Position numbers and translations under genes: made by a program. Positions 20,313 to 31,018 of a DNA stretch of 64,000 nucleotides are shown piece by piece (the first letter of the stretch is position 1; each line of letters begins with the position of its first letter). The DNA is from Alphaproteobacteria bacterium (lineage in GTDB: Bacteria; Pseudomonadota; Alphaproteobacteria; Bin95): the NCBI GenBank assembly GCA_965222315.1, contig OZ244951.1, positions 4,550,146 through 4,614,145 of the forward strand, in the 5' to 3' direction. The notes beneath the pieces were generated by a model. It was not told where the DNA came from. It searched no databases and saw only the letters and a list, made by a program, of their open reading frames with translations.

Positions 20313-20689
20313 TTTGCTGGACAGACGGGTGCCGGTTCAACATCTAATTCGTGACGGGCCGAACGTGCATCGCGGACCCGGCTCGGGGCTACAGCGGATT
20401 TCCGGGGATTCACAGGAAAGTTGCTGCGGCTATGCACACGGTGTGAAGAGTGTGGATGGTGCCGCCAGTAGGCCGGTTTCCGCCTCTGGCTCCCGAATCA
20501 ATTTGTTAACAAAATGTGGATGGTAGGGGAGAAGTCAGGGCAAACGCCGATTTTTGCTATCGACAGCGCCATGCGGAATGACCGCTTCCCTTTCCGCCGG
20601 TTCCCGCCCATCATTCGTCCGCTCCCAAAAGCCTGGCGCGGACCAGGGGAGGAGCCAATGTGCGGCTATGGAACCGCTGGAGGAAACGC

Positions 20690-21160
20690 ATGTCGAATAC
20701 CGGTATCCATGCCGGCAGGGCCGACTCGATTTACGGGCTGGTTTTCTTTGTGGCCGCCGCGGCATTGTTCGCGCACACCTATTCCGATCTCTACGATACC
20801 GGTCCGCTGTTCGGCGACGTCTCGACCGTCTTCGTGCCACGGATATTGCTGGGCTTGATCGCCGCCCTGTCGGTCGCGCTGATGGTGAAGGGCCTGCTTG
20901 ACCGGAGCGGTGAACGGCTAGCGCCGATCAACTGGCGGCGGCTGTTCCTCACCTTCGCCGCCGCCTGCCTGACCACGGCGGGCCTCTGGTATTTGGGCTT
21001 CTTGATCGCCATGCCGTTCGGCGTCTTCCTGACCGGTCTCGCCATCGGCTACCCGAACCGGCTGATCCTGGCCGCGGCCAGCATTGCCTCGACCGGCGTC
21101 GTCTGGCTGATGCTCGGCTATGTCGCCCGCGTTTCCCTGCCCGAATTCCACCTGTTCTGA
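20690..21160 (+). CDS. Tripartite tricarboxylate transporter small subunit TctB
   Basis: Four to five TM segments, FVPRILL motif, C-terminal VSLP. Upstream of tctA. Confidence 0.82.
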   Translation: MSNTGIHAGRADSIYGLVFFVAAAALFAHTYSDLYDTGPLFGDVSTVFVPRILLGLIAALSVALMVKGLLDRSGERLAPINWRRLFLTFAAACLTTAGLWYLGFLIAMPFGVFLTGLAIGYPNRLILAAASIASTGVVWLMLGYVARVSLPEFHLF

Positions 21161-21169
21161 GGCCGCCCC

Positions 21170-22678
21170 ATGTTGGAATACGTTCCGGGCGCGCTTGCCC
21201 TCTCGTTCACGATTCCGGTCCTGATCGCGCTCGCCATCGGGACGGTGCTGGGCATCATAATCGGTGCGTTGCCCGGCCTTGGCACGGTGCTCGGCCTGGT
21301 GATGGCGTTGCCCTTCACCTATTCGCTGGACCCTTCGGCGGCGATCGCGCTGCTGCTCTCGCTCTATGTCAGTTCGATCTATGGCGGCTCGATTTCCGCC
21401 ATCCTGATCAACGTGCCGGGCACGCCGCAGTCGGCGGCGACCGTGTTCGACGGCTATCCGATGGCGCGGCGGGGCGACGGCGCGCTGGCTCTCGGCTACG
21501 CCACCATCGCCTCGTTCGCCGGCGGCGTGTTTTCGCTGGTGGTGCTGGTCATCGCGGCCCCGCAGCTCGCCAAGATCGCACTGGAGTTCGGGCCGATCGA
21601 GACATTCGCGCTGGTCCTGTTCGCGCTGACCACGGTCGCCTGGGTCTCCAGCGGCCAGATGCTGAAGGGCTTGCTGTCGGCATCCATCGGCCTGTTCCTC
21701 GCGATGATCGGGGCGGACGAGATGACGGGCCAGATCCGCTTTCATTTCGACAACCTATTCCTGTCGGCCGGCCTGACGGTGATTCCGCTGCTGATCGGCT
21801 TCTTCGCGATTTCCGAGATTTTGTATCAGGCAGGGACGGTCACGGATGTGCGGGTGCCGTCGGTCAGCAAGGGCGGGTTCAAGGTGCCGCCCTGGTCCGA
21901 ATGGCGCGCCCGTTGGGTCGTGTTGCTGCGCAGTTGCGGCATCGGCAGTTTTATCGGCGTGCTGCCGGGTACTGGGGCGACAGCGGCGGTGTTTGTCAGC
22001 TACGCTGACGCCAAACGCCGCTCGCCGACGCCCGAGAATTTCGGCAAGGGCGAGCCAAGCGGCCTGATCGCGTCCGAAGCCTCCAACAATGCCGTCAGCG
22101 GCGGCGCGATGGTGCCGATGCTGGCGCTCGGCATCCCAGGCGACGGCGGCACGGTCGTCATGATGGGCGCGCTGACCATCCACAACGTCATTCCAGGCGT
22201 CCGCCTGTTCCAGAATCAGCTCGATATCGTCACGCTGATTTTCGTCCTGCTGCTGTTCGCGAACGTGTTCATGGTGATTTTCGGGGCGGCCGGCGCGAAC
22301 ATCTATTCGCGGATGCTGCGCCTGCCGGTCACGCTGCTGATGCCGCTGGTGCTGATGATGTGCCTGGTCGGCGCCTACGCCATCCGGTCCAACCCGGTCG
22401 ACCTGATCGTGGTGATGGTGTGCGGGATCGTCGGCTTCCTGCTGCGCCTGAACCAGTTCCCGCCCGCGCCGATTATCATCGGCTTTATCTTAGGTACGCC
22501 CCTGGAGCGGATGCTGCGCCAGGGCCTGATCCTCACCGACACGGATTTCCTGCAGTTCTTCAACAGCCCGATAGCGAGCATCCTTTTCGCGGCGACGGGC
22601 CTGATCCTGCTCAACCTGTTCGGCGCGGGGCGATTGATCGCCTGGCTGCGGCGACGGCGCAAGGCATCCGGCGCATAA
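21170..22678 (+). CDS. Tripartite tricarboxylate transporter permease TctA
   Basis: YGGSISAILINVPGTPQSAATVFDGYPMA, EASNNA, LALGIPG. Confidence 0.93.
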   Translation: MLEYVPGALALSFTIPVLIALAIGTVLGIIIGALPGLGTVLGLVMALPFTYSLDPSAAIALLLSLYVSSIYGGSISAILINVPGTPQSAATVFDGYPMARRGDGALALGYATIASFAGGVFSLVVLVIAAPQLAKIALEFGPIETFALVLFALTTVAWVSSGQMLKGLLSASIGLFLAMIGADEMTGQIRFHFDNLFLSAGLTVIPLLIGFFAISEILYQAGTVTDVRVPSVSKGGFKVPPWSEWRARWVVLLRSCGIGSFIGVLPGTGATAAVFVSYADAKRRSPTPENFGKGEPSGLIASEASNNAVSGGAMVPMLALGIPGDGGTVVMMGALTIHNVIPGVRLFQNQLDIVTLIFVLLLFANVFMVIFGAAGANIYSRMLRLPVTLLMPLVLMMCLVGAYAIRSNPVDLIVVMVCGIVGFLLRLNQFPPAPIIIGFILGTPLERMLRQGLILTDTDFLQFFNSPIASILFAATGLILLNLFGAGRLIAWLRRRRKASGA

Positions 22679-22747
22679 CCGGGTTCTTGCGTTTTCTGGA
22701 AACCAGCAATCATGCTGGGTGTTCAACGATTTTCCCGGGAGGAAAAC

Positions 22748-23701
22748 ATGAAATCGCCAATCAGAAAAATGTTGATAGGCATGGCGGTCGGCCTTGCCGC
22801 AACCATGTCGCAAGCCGCGGCGGATGAATACCCGGACGGACCGATCAGGGTCGTCATCAACTACGGGGCCGGCGGCAACTCCGATACTTCCGGCCGTATC
22901 TTTATCGAGGCGATGAAAAAGGCCATGGATGCCGAACTGGTGCCGGTCAATATCGTCGGCGCCGGCGGCACCGTCGGCACGGCTCAGTTCGCAATGGCGG
23001 ACCCGGACGGCTACACCCTGCTCTACACGCCGATTGCGCCGGTCACGGTGCAGCCGCATCTCCGCAAGCTGACCTATAAGAAAGACGACGTCGTGCCAAT
23101 CTGCGGGCTGACCCAGAATCAGCTCGCCGTCATGGTCGCGCCGGACAGCCCGTACAACTCCATGCAAGACTTGATCGACGCGGCCAAGGCCGGCGAGTCC
23201 ATCGTCGCGGTGGGCCCGGCGCCCGGCTCGATCCCCCACATCGCCCAGGCATCGCTCGCAAACGCCTATGACGTCAAGTTCAAGTATGTGCCGGTCGGCA
23301 ATGCCTCGAACCAGTCGAAGGCGGTCATGGGCGGTCAGGCGACCATCTCGACCGACATGACGTCGACAGCCTCGATCTTCGGCCTGAAAACGCTTGCCGT
23401 CATCGGCAACGAGCGGATCGAGGGTTTTGAGGACGTGCCGACAACCAAGGAACTGGGCATCGATCTGCCGCTGAAGATCTGGTTCGGCCTGTTCGCGCCC
23501 AAGGGCACCTCAGCTGAGATCATCGAGACGCTGTCGGAAGCCTGCGCCGTCGCGGCGAAAGACCCAAACCTCATCGAAAAAATGGGACGGCTGAACTTCG
23601 TCATCCGCTACCGGGACCGCGAAACCTTCACCCAGTTTTATGAGGACGAGTACGAGGGCAACAAGAAGCTCCTCAGCCTCATCGGCATCGAGGTGAAATA
23701 A
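22748..23701 (+). CDS. TTT substrate-binding protein (TctC/Bug)
   Basis: Signal peptide, YPDGPIRVVINYGAGGNSD, GAGGTVG...PDGYTLL, WFGLFAPKGT. Confidence 0.92.
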   Translation: MKSPIRKMLIGMAVGLAATMSQAAADEYPDGPIRVVINYGAGGNSDTSGRIFIEAMKKAMDAELVPVNIVGAGGTVGTAQFAMADPDGYTLLYTPIAPVTVQPHLRKLTYKKDDVVPICGLTQNQLAVMVAPDSPYNSMQDLIDAAKAGESIVAVGPAPGSIPHIAQASLANAYDVKFKYVPVGNASNQSKAVMGGQATISTDMTSTASIFGLKTLAVIGNERIEGFEDVPTTKELGIDLPLKIWFGLFAPKGTSAEIIETLSEACAVAAKDPNLIEKMGRLNFVIRYRDRETFTQFYEDEYEGNKKLLSLIGIEVK

Positions 23702-23728
23702 GCTCCGCAGTCACTAATCCGTTTTGGG

Positions 23729-23762
23729 AGGGAGGGGCCCGGCGGCCCCTCCCTTTTCTTTT
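23729..23762 (+). terminator. Intrinsic terminator after tctC
   Basis: AGGGAGGGGCC-CGGC-GGCCCCTCCCT followed by TTTCTTTT. Confidence 0.8.
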
Positions 23763-23767
23763 GTCAC

Positions 23768-25000
23768 TCAGTCAACCACTGCCTGATAGGTCAGCACCTT
23801 CAACTCGCGCCGCAGCGGGTAGCGGTTGGAGGGCATTAGCTGGGTCAGGAACACTACCGCCATGTCCTCGGCCGGGTCGCACCAGAACGCAGTGGAGGCA
23901 GCGCCACCCCAGTTGTACTCGCCCACGGTGCCGGCGATTTGGGCGCGGGCCGGGTCGAGCATCACCGCAAAGCCCAGACCAAAGCCGATGCCGGTCGCCG
24001 GGCTTTCGCTCCAGGTGGGCTGACCCATGGCGGCCATGTCGCCGTCCAGGTGGTTGCTGGTCATCAGCTCCACCGTCTTACGGCCGAGCAGGCGCACCCC
24101 ATCCAGCTCGCCCTTATTCAGCATGAACCGGCAGAAGCGGATATAGTCACCGGCAGTGCCGACCAGCCCTCCGCCACCGCTCGCCACGGGCGGCATAGAA
24201 TTATAGTTTGCACTTGCCTGCGGGTCGTCAATCAGTTGCAGGCCGCCTTCCGGTGATACCGCGTAGTTGCCTGCGAACCGGCCGGTTTTGTCAGACGGGA
24301 CGAAGAAGTCCGTGTCCACCATGCCGAGCGGCCCGATCACCTTGTCGCGCAGATAATCCTCGAACGGCTGACCGCTGAGGACCTGCACCATGTAGCCGAG
24401 CACATCGGTGGAGACGGAGTAATTCCACTCCGCGCCCGGCTGGGCAATCAGCGGGCATTGCACCAGCTTGGTCACCACGTCCTTCAGCGATGCTGCATTG
24501 CCGCCGTTGAACTCGACGCCTGTGCGCCGGTACATGCGGTCGACATTGTTCGACTCCATGAAGCCATAGGTGAAGCCAGAGGTGTGCGAGAGCAGGTCGC
24601 GGAAGCTCACGTCGCGCTCTGCCGGCACGGTTGAGACGGTGCCGCGGGCCGAGCCGGTCATGACATGCAGCCCGGCAAATTCCGGTGCGTAGCGGCTGAT
24701 CGGATCATCCAGTTGGAAGCGGCCTTCCTCGTACAGCATCATGATAGCGACGGAGGTCAGCGGCTTGGTCATGGAATAGATGCGCACGATGGTGTCGAGC
24801 GTCGCCGCCACGCCCCGCTCCACATCCGCCATGCCGGAAACGCCGGCGTGAACCACTTGTCCCCGGCGCAGCACTGCCGTAATGCCGAAGGGCAGCTTAC
24901 CTGAAGAAACCCACTTCTCCCGCCAGGCATCGACGCGGGCGAGGCGCTCCGGGCAGAGGCCGACGGATTCCGGGCTGGCGGTAACGGTGAGGGCGGTCAT
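23768..25000 (-). CDS. Serine hydrolase, beta-lactamase/class C-like esterase
   Basis: IYSMTKP (SxxK), LLSHTSG, QPGAEWNYS, SGGGGL, WGGAAST. Confidence 0.9.
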   Translation of the reverse strand: MTALTVTASPESVGLCPERLARVDAWREKWVSSGKLPFGITAVLRRGQVVHAGVSGMADVERGVAATLDTIVRIYSMTKPLTSVAIMMLYEEGRFQLDDPISRYAPEFAGLHVMTGSARGTVSTVPAERDVSFRDLLSHTSGFTYGFMESNNVDRMYRRTGVEFNGGNAASLKDVVTKLVQCPLIAQPGAEWNYSVSTDVLGYMVQVLSGQPFEDYLRDKVIGPLGMVDTDFFVPSDKTGRFAGNYAVSPEGGLQLIDDPQASANYNSMPPVASGGGGLVGTAGDYIRFCRFMLNKGELDGVRLLGRKTVELMTSNHLDGDMAAMGQPTWSESPATGIGFGLGFAVMLDPARAQIAGTVGEYNWGGAASTAFWCDPAEDMAVVFLTQLMPSNRYPLRRELKVLTYQAVVD

Positions 25001-25023
25001 GGGCGGATTTCCTTTGAAGGCAG

Positions 25024-25914
25024 TCAGGCTGCAATTTGCTTTTCAAGGTACTGTTCTAGCGGCCTGCGGAACACGGCGAAAGATTTGTACGTGTACATCT
25101 CAGGCGCCATCGTACAGATGGACTCCAGCAAGCGCCGGGCGCGGACCGGATCGCCCGCGACCTCCCCCAAAGTGTTCTGATAGATGCGGATGCCGAAGAC
25201 GATGGCGCCGGTCTCCGGCAGGCGCACCAGCGTTTGCCGTTCGGAGCGGAACCAGACGTTCTCGCCGATGGTCTCCGGCTGGAAGCGCGGGTCTTCCTCG
25301 ACCAGTCCGTGGCCGGTGGGCTGGAACAGGGACGGGTCGTCGATCAGGGACCAGTTGATACGCCAGACAGGCTTGTCTGCCTTCAGGTGCTGGAAGAAGC
25401 GGTCCACCTGCCGGCCCATCTTTTCCGCGTAGAGCGGAACGGGACCGTGGATCGCCTGCATCGGCTTGCCGATCTTGTCCGCCAAGCGCCAGCGGGTCGG
25501 AAAACACAGGCTCGCTGCGGTCAGCCGGTAGGGCTCCCCCTCCCCCGGCGACTGCATCAGGCAGAAATCCTCCTGCGTCAGGCGCCCGGCGGTTTCGATG
25601 GCGGGCAAGGCGTCGAGGGGTACCAAGCGCTGACTGCCGATGCGCATGACGCCGTCATCGCGGGCGTAGATGTCCGGGAAGCCCTCCGGCAGGTAGGTAA
25701 GGAGCTTTGCCAGCAGTTCTGCCTGCGCGGCCTCCGAGCCCGGCAATTCCGCCGTGACCTCATCCCTGCGCTCGGCGATCAGGCACTCTTTCTCCGCCAG
25801 TTGCTCTTCCAGCAGGTCATCAGGCTTTATCCACTCCGCCGGGTCGAGCGGACGCAGCGCCATGGCCATCCGCCACGGCCCATCCTCAATGGGGAAGAGC
25901 GGCTGAGACACCAA
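25024..25914 (-). CDS. DUF3445 / heme-dependent oxidative N-demethylase alpha-like protein
   Basis: QEDFCLM, ASLCFPTRWRLADKIGKPMQAIHGPVP, RSERQTLVRLPETGAIVFGIR. Confidence 0.88.
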   Translation of the reverse strand: MVSQPLFPIEDGPWRMAMALRPLDPAEWIKPDDLLEEQLAEKECLIAERRDEVTAELPGSEAAQAELLAKLLTYLPEGFPDIYARDDGVMRIGSQRLVPLDALPAIETAGRLTQEDFCLMQSPGEGEPYRLTAASLCFPTRWRLADKIGKPMQAIHGPVPLYAEKMGRQVDRFFQHLKADKPVWRINWSLIDDPSLFQPTGHGLVEEDPRFQPETIGENVWFRSERQTLVRLPETGAIVFGIRIYQNTLGEVAGDPVRARRLLESICTMAPEMYTYKSFAVFRRPLEQYLEKQIAA

Positions 25915-26077
25915 CTACGCCACCAGCCGCCATTTCCCGGAAGCGGAAAAACGGCATTCCGGGCCCAATCCAGAGCCGTTGAAAATGGAGCGCCCGGCGC
26001 TTCTTGACGGGTCTCTGGAATGGGTCCTGACTTTCGTCAGGAAGATGACGCTGCGGGATGGTTGACGCATTGTGCAC

Positions 26078-26575
26078 TCACGCTGGCTTTTCTGTCTGCC
26101 AGTTGTCCAGGTGTTGGCGCGCTTCTGTATAGTCTATCGCGCGTTCCCCATCCTTCTTGGCGGTCAGTTCGATGACATAGCCGTCAGGGTCGCGGAAATA
26201 GATCGAGTCGATGAAGCCATGGTCCGACACGCCGCGGGTGTGGATGCCCGCTGCTTTGCCCTTCTCGAACATTTCCATCATGTGCTCGTGGCTGACCTCC
26301 AGCGCGATATGCAGGTCGAAATCGTGCTGATCCTTGAACTCGAACGGCATGTCCGGCGCTTCGAAAAACGCCAGGAACGAGCCGTCACCCATTTCATAGA
26401 AGGAGTGCAACACGCCCGCGCCAGTACCGCGGCCGGTGCTGGTTGTCTCGATCTTGAAGGCATTGGCCAGCGGCAGGCCCAGGAAGTCCTCGTAGAATTG
26501 CCGGGTCTTTTCCGAATCGCTGCACCGGTAGGCGTTGTGGTGCAGGCCCCGGATTTTGATATTCTTAATGCTCAT
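26078..26575 (-). CDS. VOC/glyoxalase family protein
   Basis: GLHHNAYRC, FYEDFLGLPL, LHIALEV, DHGFIDSIYFRDPDGYVIEL. Confidence 0.9.
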   Translation of the reverse strand: MSIKNIKIRGLHHNAYRCSDSEKTRQFYEDFLGLPLANAFKIETTSTGRGTGAGVLHSFYEMGDGSFLAFFEAPDMPFEFKDQHDFDLHIALEVSHEHMMEMFEKGKAAGIHTRGVSDHGFIDSIYFRDPDGYVIELTAKKDGERAIDYTEARQHLDNWQTEKPA

Positions 26576-26634
26576 GCTGGTTTCCTTTGCGTGCCGGCAG
26601 CAAGCGGGCCAACCTTGCACTCCATAGCAAAAGG

Positions 26635-28059
26635 TCAGTCCCACCCCGGCGGGTGCAGTTTATGCCACTCCGTGGCTTGTTCGTAAGCCGCACCGGCCTG
26701 GACCAGTAGCGGCTCGCTCAAATGGTGGCCAGCGAGTTGGACCGACAGAGGCAGGCCCCCTTTGTCATGGGAACCGTCGGAAAGGCCACATGGCAGAGAG
26801 ATGGTGGGCTGGCCCGAGAAATCCATGGGCACAGTGAAACGGCTGGTCCAAGGATCGCGGTCGGGCGGTATCGGGCCGTAAGAAATCTCCTTTGGCACGG
26901 GGTAGGCAGCGCGCGGAGTCGAAGGGCAGACAAGGAAATCAATGCCCCGCATCATGCCCCGCATTTCGCCATTGCACTGGCCACGAAGGATCGTTGCATT
27001 CGCATAATCCATCGCGGAGTAGCGGTTGCCATGCTCCAACCAGCCCCGGAACCAGGGCCCGTACTCGTTCGCGCGGGCGGGGAAGAACGCGCGGTGCGCG
27101 TCGGCGGCCTCTGCCGAGCACAGCACCTGCCATGCTGCCAAGTATTCACGTAGCCGGGCCGGCATGGCAACGGGCACGATTTCCGCGCCGAGGCTCTCCA
27201 ATACCTCTACAGCCATCACGACGGCCTTGGCATAGTCGGGTGCCATCCCGGCGGAGGCATAGTCTGCGTCCCAACCAACCTTCAACCCCTTCAGATTCCG
27301 GCCCACGCCGCCCAGCATGTCCGGCACCGGGTTCGGCAGCGTGGTTGGGTCATCCGGGTCCAGGCCTGCAATCGCCTGTGTCACCAGTCCGGCATCGAAG
27401 GCGGAGCGGGTGAGCGGCCCCACATGATCCAGCGTCTGGCCCAGGTCCAGCACGCCGTGGCGGCTGACCCGGCCATAGGTCGGCTTTAGCCCGACTGTGC
27501 CGCAGACCGCCGCCGGATGACGGATCGATCCGCCGGTGTCACTGCCAAGCGTCGCATAAGCCAACCCCGCCGCCGTCGCCGCGCCGGAGCCGCTGGACGA
27601 TGCGCCGGACCAATGTCCCTTTGCCCACGGGTTTTCCGGTATGTCGAAGGCCGGATTGTAACCGGCCATTGCTCCCTCGGTCAGATTCAGCTTGCCGAGC
27701 AGCACCGCGCCTGCCGCCTGGAACCGCTGGACGACCGTCGCATCGAAGTCTGGCACGAAGTCCGCGAGCACCTTGCAGCCACCCATGGTTCGGATGCCGG
27801 TGGTGTAGCAAAGGTCTTTCACCGCAATGGGAACGCCATGCAGCTTGCCCCGGTAATTGCCTGCGCCGATTTCCGCCTCCGCCGCCTTCGCCTGGTCCAT
27901 CGCCAGGTCGCCGGTGACGGTCGCATAGGACTTAAGTCTGCCGTCCAGGCGTTCGATCCGGCGGAGCATGTGCTCGGTCACTTCGACAGGCGAGAGTTCG
28001 CGCCGCTCGATCATGCCGGAGAGGGTTTCAATGGTCAGATAGTGCAGGTCTTCGCTCAT
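26635..28059 (-). CDS. Amidase-signature family enzyme
   Basis: LHGVPIAVKD, GASSSGSG, GSDTGGSIRHPA. Confidence 0.93.
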   Translation of the reverse strand: MSEDLHYLTIETLSGMIERRELSPVEVTEHMLRRIERLDGRLKSYATVTGDLAMDQAKAAEAEIGAGNYRGKLHGVPIAVKDLCYTTGIRTMGGCKVLADFVPDFDATVVQRFQAAGAVLLGKLNLTEGAMAGYNPAFDIPENPWAKGHWSGASSSGSGAATAAGLAYATLGSDTGGSIRHPAAVCGTVGLKPTYGRVSRHGVLDLGQTLDHVGPLTRSAFDAGLVTQAIAGLDPDDPTTLPNPVPDMLGGVGRNLKGLKVGWDADYASAGMAPDYAKAVVMAVEVLESLGAEIVPVAMPARLREYLAAWQVLCSAEAADAHRAFFPARANEYGPWFRGWLEHGNRYSAMDYANATILRGQCNGEMRGMMRGIDFLVCPSTPRAAYPVPKEISYGPIPPDRDPWTSRFTVPMDFSGQPTISLPCGLSDGSHDKGGLPLSVQLAGHHLSEPLLVQAGAAYEQATEWHKLHPPGWD

Positions 28060-28151
28060 GCGCCACGCGCTCCGGCATTGCGGTTTTTCAATGGGGAGGT
28101 AGCTTAGCGTCTCCTGGCCGAGAGTCTGCCCGAAACTGAAGCCCTGCTTGA

Positions 28152-29417
28152 ATGTCCCAATCTGCCACCGGCCAATCCGGACCGTCCGGCCATCTGCGCC
28201 TCGTCATCGCGATGGCGGCGGTCTACTCCCTGCTTTTCGTCATGGCGCAGATGCACCGGATGGGCGGCGCCGTCATCGCGCCGGCGCTGTCGCTCGAACT
28301 GGGGCTCAGCGCCTCTAACCTCGGGCTGATCATCGGGGTGATGTTCCTGGCGTCGGCGTGCACCCAACCGGTTTCCGGCATCTTGCTGGACCGCGCTGGT
28401 CCGGTCCGGGCCGTGGCCTATCTGGCGCCCGTCGGCATCGCAGGAATGCTCATTTTCGCCTGGGCTGACGATGTCTGGCTGCTGACCCTGGCGCGGATGA
28501 TGATTGGCTCCGGCTTCGCCTGTGTCGTCAGCGGCATCTACGTGTTCCTGCTAGGCTGGGTCGACCGCAAGAATTTCACGACGGCGGCCGCCACCATCCA
28601 GGCCATTCCGGGCACCTTCGCCGTGCTGATCGCGACCACGCCGCTCGCCATTCTGCTGGACGATGTGGGCCGCGGACCGGTGTTTGTCGGATTGGCAGTG
28701 TTGACTGCCGTTACCGTCGGCCTCGTGACGCTGGCGGTAAAGGAGGGGCCGCGCTCAACCCGCAAGACGCGGGAGCCTGAGACCGTCACCCAAAGTTTCC
28801 GCGGCATCTTAATGATCGTCAGCCAGCGGCGCTTCCTCTGGCTCGCCGCTTTCAGCGTGACGGCAATCGGCCCAGCCATCTCCGTCATTGGCCTGCTATC
28901 CGGCGTCTACCTGCGGGAGCGGTTCGGGCTGGAGCCAAAGGCGCTCGGCACCACCGTGCTGGTGCTGCTGATCGCCCTAAACCTGGGCGGTGTTATCTAC
29001 GGGCCGCTCGACCGGTGGACCGGGCGGCGCAAGCTGGTGGTGGCGGGCGGCATTAGCACCCAAATTTCCTTGCTGATCCTGCTGGCAGCCTTAGGTGACG
29101 TTGGGTTCTGGCTCACAATGGGCCTGCTGGTCGGCTTCGCCGCCGTCTCTCAACTGCATGCCCTCGTCGTCGCCCATGCGCAGAGCCTGTTCGGGCCGGA
29201 ACTGGCCGGCAGGGTCATCACGACGACCAACATTTTCATGATCGGCGGGATCTTCCTGTTCCAGACTGCCTCCGGCTTTGCCTACGACCTCTATACCCAT
29301 GGTTTTGGCGTCAGTGCGGCCGACGGCTACCGCCTTACTTTCGTCACGTTGGCGGCCTGTCAGGTGATCGGCCTGGCGTTCTACGCGCAGACCACCGTGC
29401 CGAAATCCGAAGACTGA
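28152..29417 (+). CDS. MFS transporter
   Basis: About 12 TM segments, GILLDRAGP motif A, YGPLDRWTGRRK. Confidence 0.88.
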   Translation: MSQSATGQSGPSGHLRLVIAMAAVYSLLFVMAQMHRMGGAVIAPALSLELGLSASNLGLIIGVMFLASACTQPVSGILLDRAGPVRAVAYLAPVGIAGMLIFAWADDVWLLTLARMMIGSGFACVVSGIYVFLLGWVDRKNFTTAAATIQAIPGTFAVLIATTPLAILLDDVGRGPVFVGLAVLTAVTVGLVTLAVKEGPRSTRKTREPETVTQSFRGILMIVSQRRFLWLAAFSVTAIGPAISVIGLLSGVYLRERFGLEPKALGTTVLVLLIALNLGGVIYGPLDRWTGRRKLVVAGGISTQISLLILLAALGDVGFWLTMGLLVGFAAVSQLHALVVAHAQSLFGPELAGRVITTTNIFMIGGIFLFQTASGFAYDLYTHGFGVSAADGYRLTFVTLAACQVIGLAFYAQTTVPKSED

Positions 29418-29518
29418 CCCAGGCGTGGCTGCCTGGGGACTTCGACAAGCGCTGGCCCCTGGGCTAGTATTGGCCTGTCCGGACAGACGGTCGTCAATCA
29501 GACCCGGGAGGAGACCCT

Positions 29519-30472
29519 ATGAAACTTTCGAAATTTCTGGCAACCGCGGCAACCGCTGGCGCCATCGCCTTTGGCGCATTCGCAGCGGCGGCAGCCGACT
29601 ACCCGTCCAAGACAGTCAAGGCCATTGTTCCATTCGGTGCGGGCGGCGGCACCGACCGCTGGGCTCGCGTCATGTCGTCGGTCGCCTTCGACGTGATGGA
29701 CGTGGGCTGGCATATCCAGAACCGCGGCGGCGCGGGCGGCACGGTCGGCTGGAAATACATGCTGGACCAGGGCGGTGACGGCTATGCCATCCTGATGGCG
29801 AGCCCGACCCCGGTGATTGCCGCTCTGATGGAGAGCAAACCGCCCTTCAATCCGGATGAAGTCAAGATCGCTGCCTACTATTCCGTCATGAAGCCGACCA
29901 TGGTTGCCGCGAAAGGCAAAGAGTGGTCGACCTGGGACGGCTTGGTAAAATATGCCAAGGACGGCGGCAAGAAACTCACCGTCGGCGGCACTAATACCCA
30001 GCTTCTGGGGGCCGCCAACCTGTTCGACCAGGCGGGCATCGAGGCGATCTATGTGCCCTATTCCGGCACGGGCAAGGCGGTGAATGACTTCCTTGGCGGG
30101 CACATCAACCTGGTGATGGTCACGACTTCCACCGCGGTTACCCTGGTGGACCGTGGTTCAATCGTCGTAAACACCTCGTCCAGCCCCTATGACGAGAAGT
30201 CGGCGGACGCGCTCAGCAATCCGCCCCGTGCCGATGAACTGGGCTACAAGGGTTTCAACCCGCCGCGGTTCATCGCCATGCATCCGGATACCACCGACGA
30301 GCAGGTGCAGATCATGGGCGCAAAGATCGGCCAGATGCTGGAGACCAAATCGGTGAAGCGCCTGATCGGGAAGCTGGGTGAGGAAATCACCTTTGTCGGC
30401 TACCCCGAAGCGCAGAAGCTCTACGCTGAAACCATGGCCCAATCCAAAGCGGCGATGAAACTGCTGCAATAG
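29519..30472 (+). CDS. Orphan TctC/Bug substrate-binding protein
   Basis: Signal peptide, DYPSKTVKAIVPFGAGGGTDRWAR, YVPYSG. Confidence 0.88.
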   Translation: MKLSKFLATAATAGAIAFGAFAAAAADYPSKTVKAIVPFGAGGGTDRWARVMSSVAFDVMDVGWHIQNRGGAGGTVGWKYMLDQGGDGYAILMASPTPVIAALMESKPPFNPDEVKIAAYYSVMKPTMVAAKGKEWSTWDGLVKYAKDGGKKLTVGGTNTQLLGAANLFDQAGIEAIYVPYSGTGKAVNDFLGGHINLVMVTTSTAVTLVDRGSIVVNTSSSPYDEKSADALSNPPRADELGYKGFNPPRFIAMHPDTTDEQVQIMGAKIGQMLETKSVKRLIGKLGEEITFVGYPEAQKLYAETMAQSKAAMKLLQ

Positions 30473-30501
30473 CCGACCAAGAACCGCATGAGCTCCACGA
30501 C

Positions 30502-30542
30502 GAAAGGCCGCCGGGATGCCCTGGCGGCCTTTCTTTTTCTTT
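30502..30542 (+). terminator. Intrinsic terminator between convergent tctC and rpmB
   Basis: GAAAGGCCGCCGGG-ATG-CCCTGGCGGCCTTTC followed by TTTTTCTTT. Confidence 0.8.
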
Positions 30543-30590
30543 GGTCTGGCCTCTTCAGATAGGCAGACCGGCAATGCGCTAACCGCAGGG

Positions 30591-30905
30591 TTAGGCGGAA
30601 GCGCTTTCGCCGCCGTCGGCTTTCTTGGCCGTCGCACGCTCGATCCGGCGCTTAACGCGGCGGGCTTCCACCGGAAGCTTACGGTTCGGGGTGCTCAGCA
30701 GAAAAGCGTCCAAGCCGCCATTGTGCTCGATCGTACGCAGGCCATGCATGGAGACCTTCATCCGGACGTTTTCGCCCAGGACATCGCTCATCACATTCGT
30801 GGTCTGGATGTTCGGCAAGAACCGACGGCGGGTCTTGTTCATAGCGTGACTGACATTGTTGCCGGTCATCACGCCTTTACCTGTAATTTCACAGCGCCGC
30901 GCCAT
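30591..30905 (-). CDS. rpmB: 50S ribosomal protein L28
   Basis: [34 protein letters not shown]. Confidence 0.97.
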   Translation of the reverse strand: MARRCEITGKGVMTGNNVSHAMNKTRRRFLPNIQTTNVMSDVLGENVRMKVSMHGLRTIEHNGGLDAFLLSTPNRKLPVEARRVKRRIERATAKKADGGESASA

Positions 30906-31018
30906 AGCTGGCCTGTTCCTCTTGCTGTTGGACGAATTCGGAAGCGCGGTTTGTAGACAGGCTGGCGCGCGCCGTCAACTGACAGGGCGCGCCACACGCC
31001 AATTTCCCGCGCCCGGTG

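Noticed and set aside
20215-20689. Cobalamin riboswitch upstream of nrdJ
   Set aside because: No convincing B12-box or core motifs. NrdR-like boxes explain the region better.
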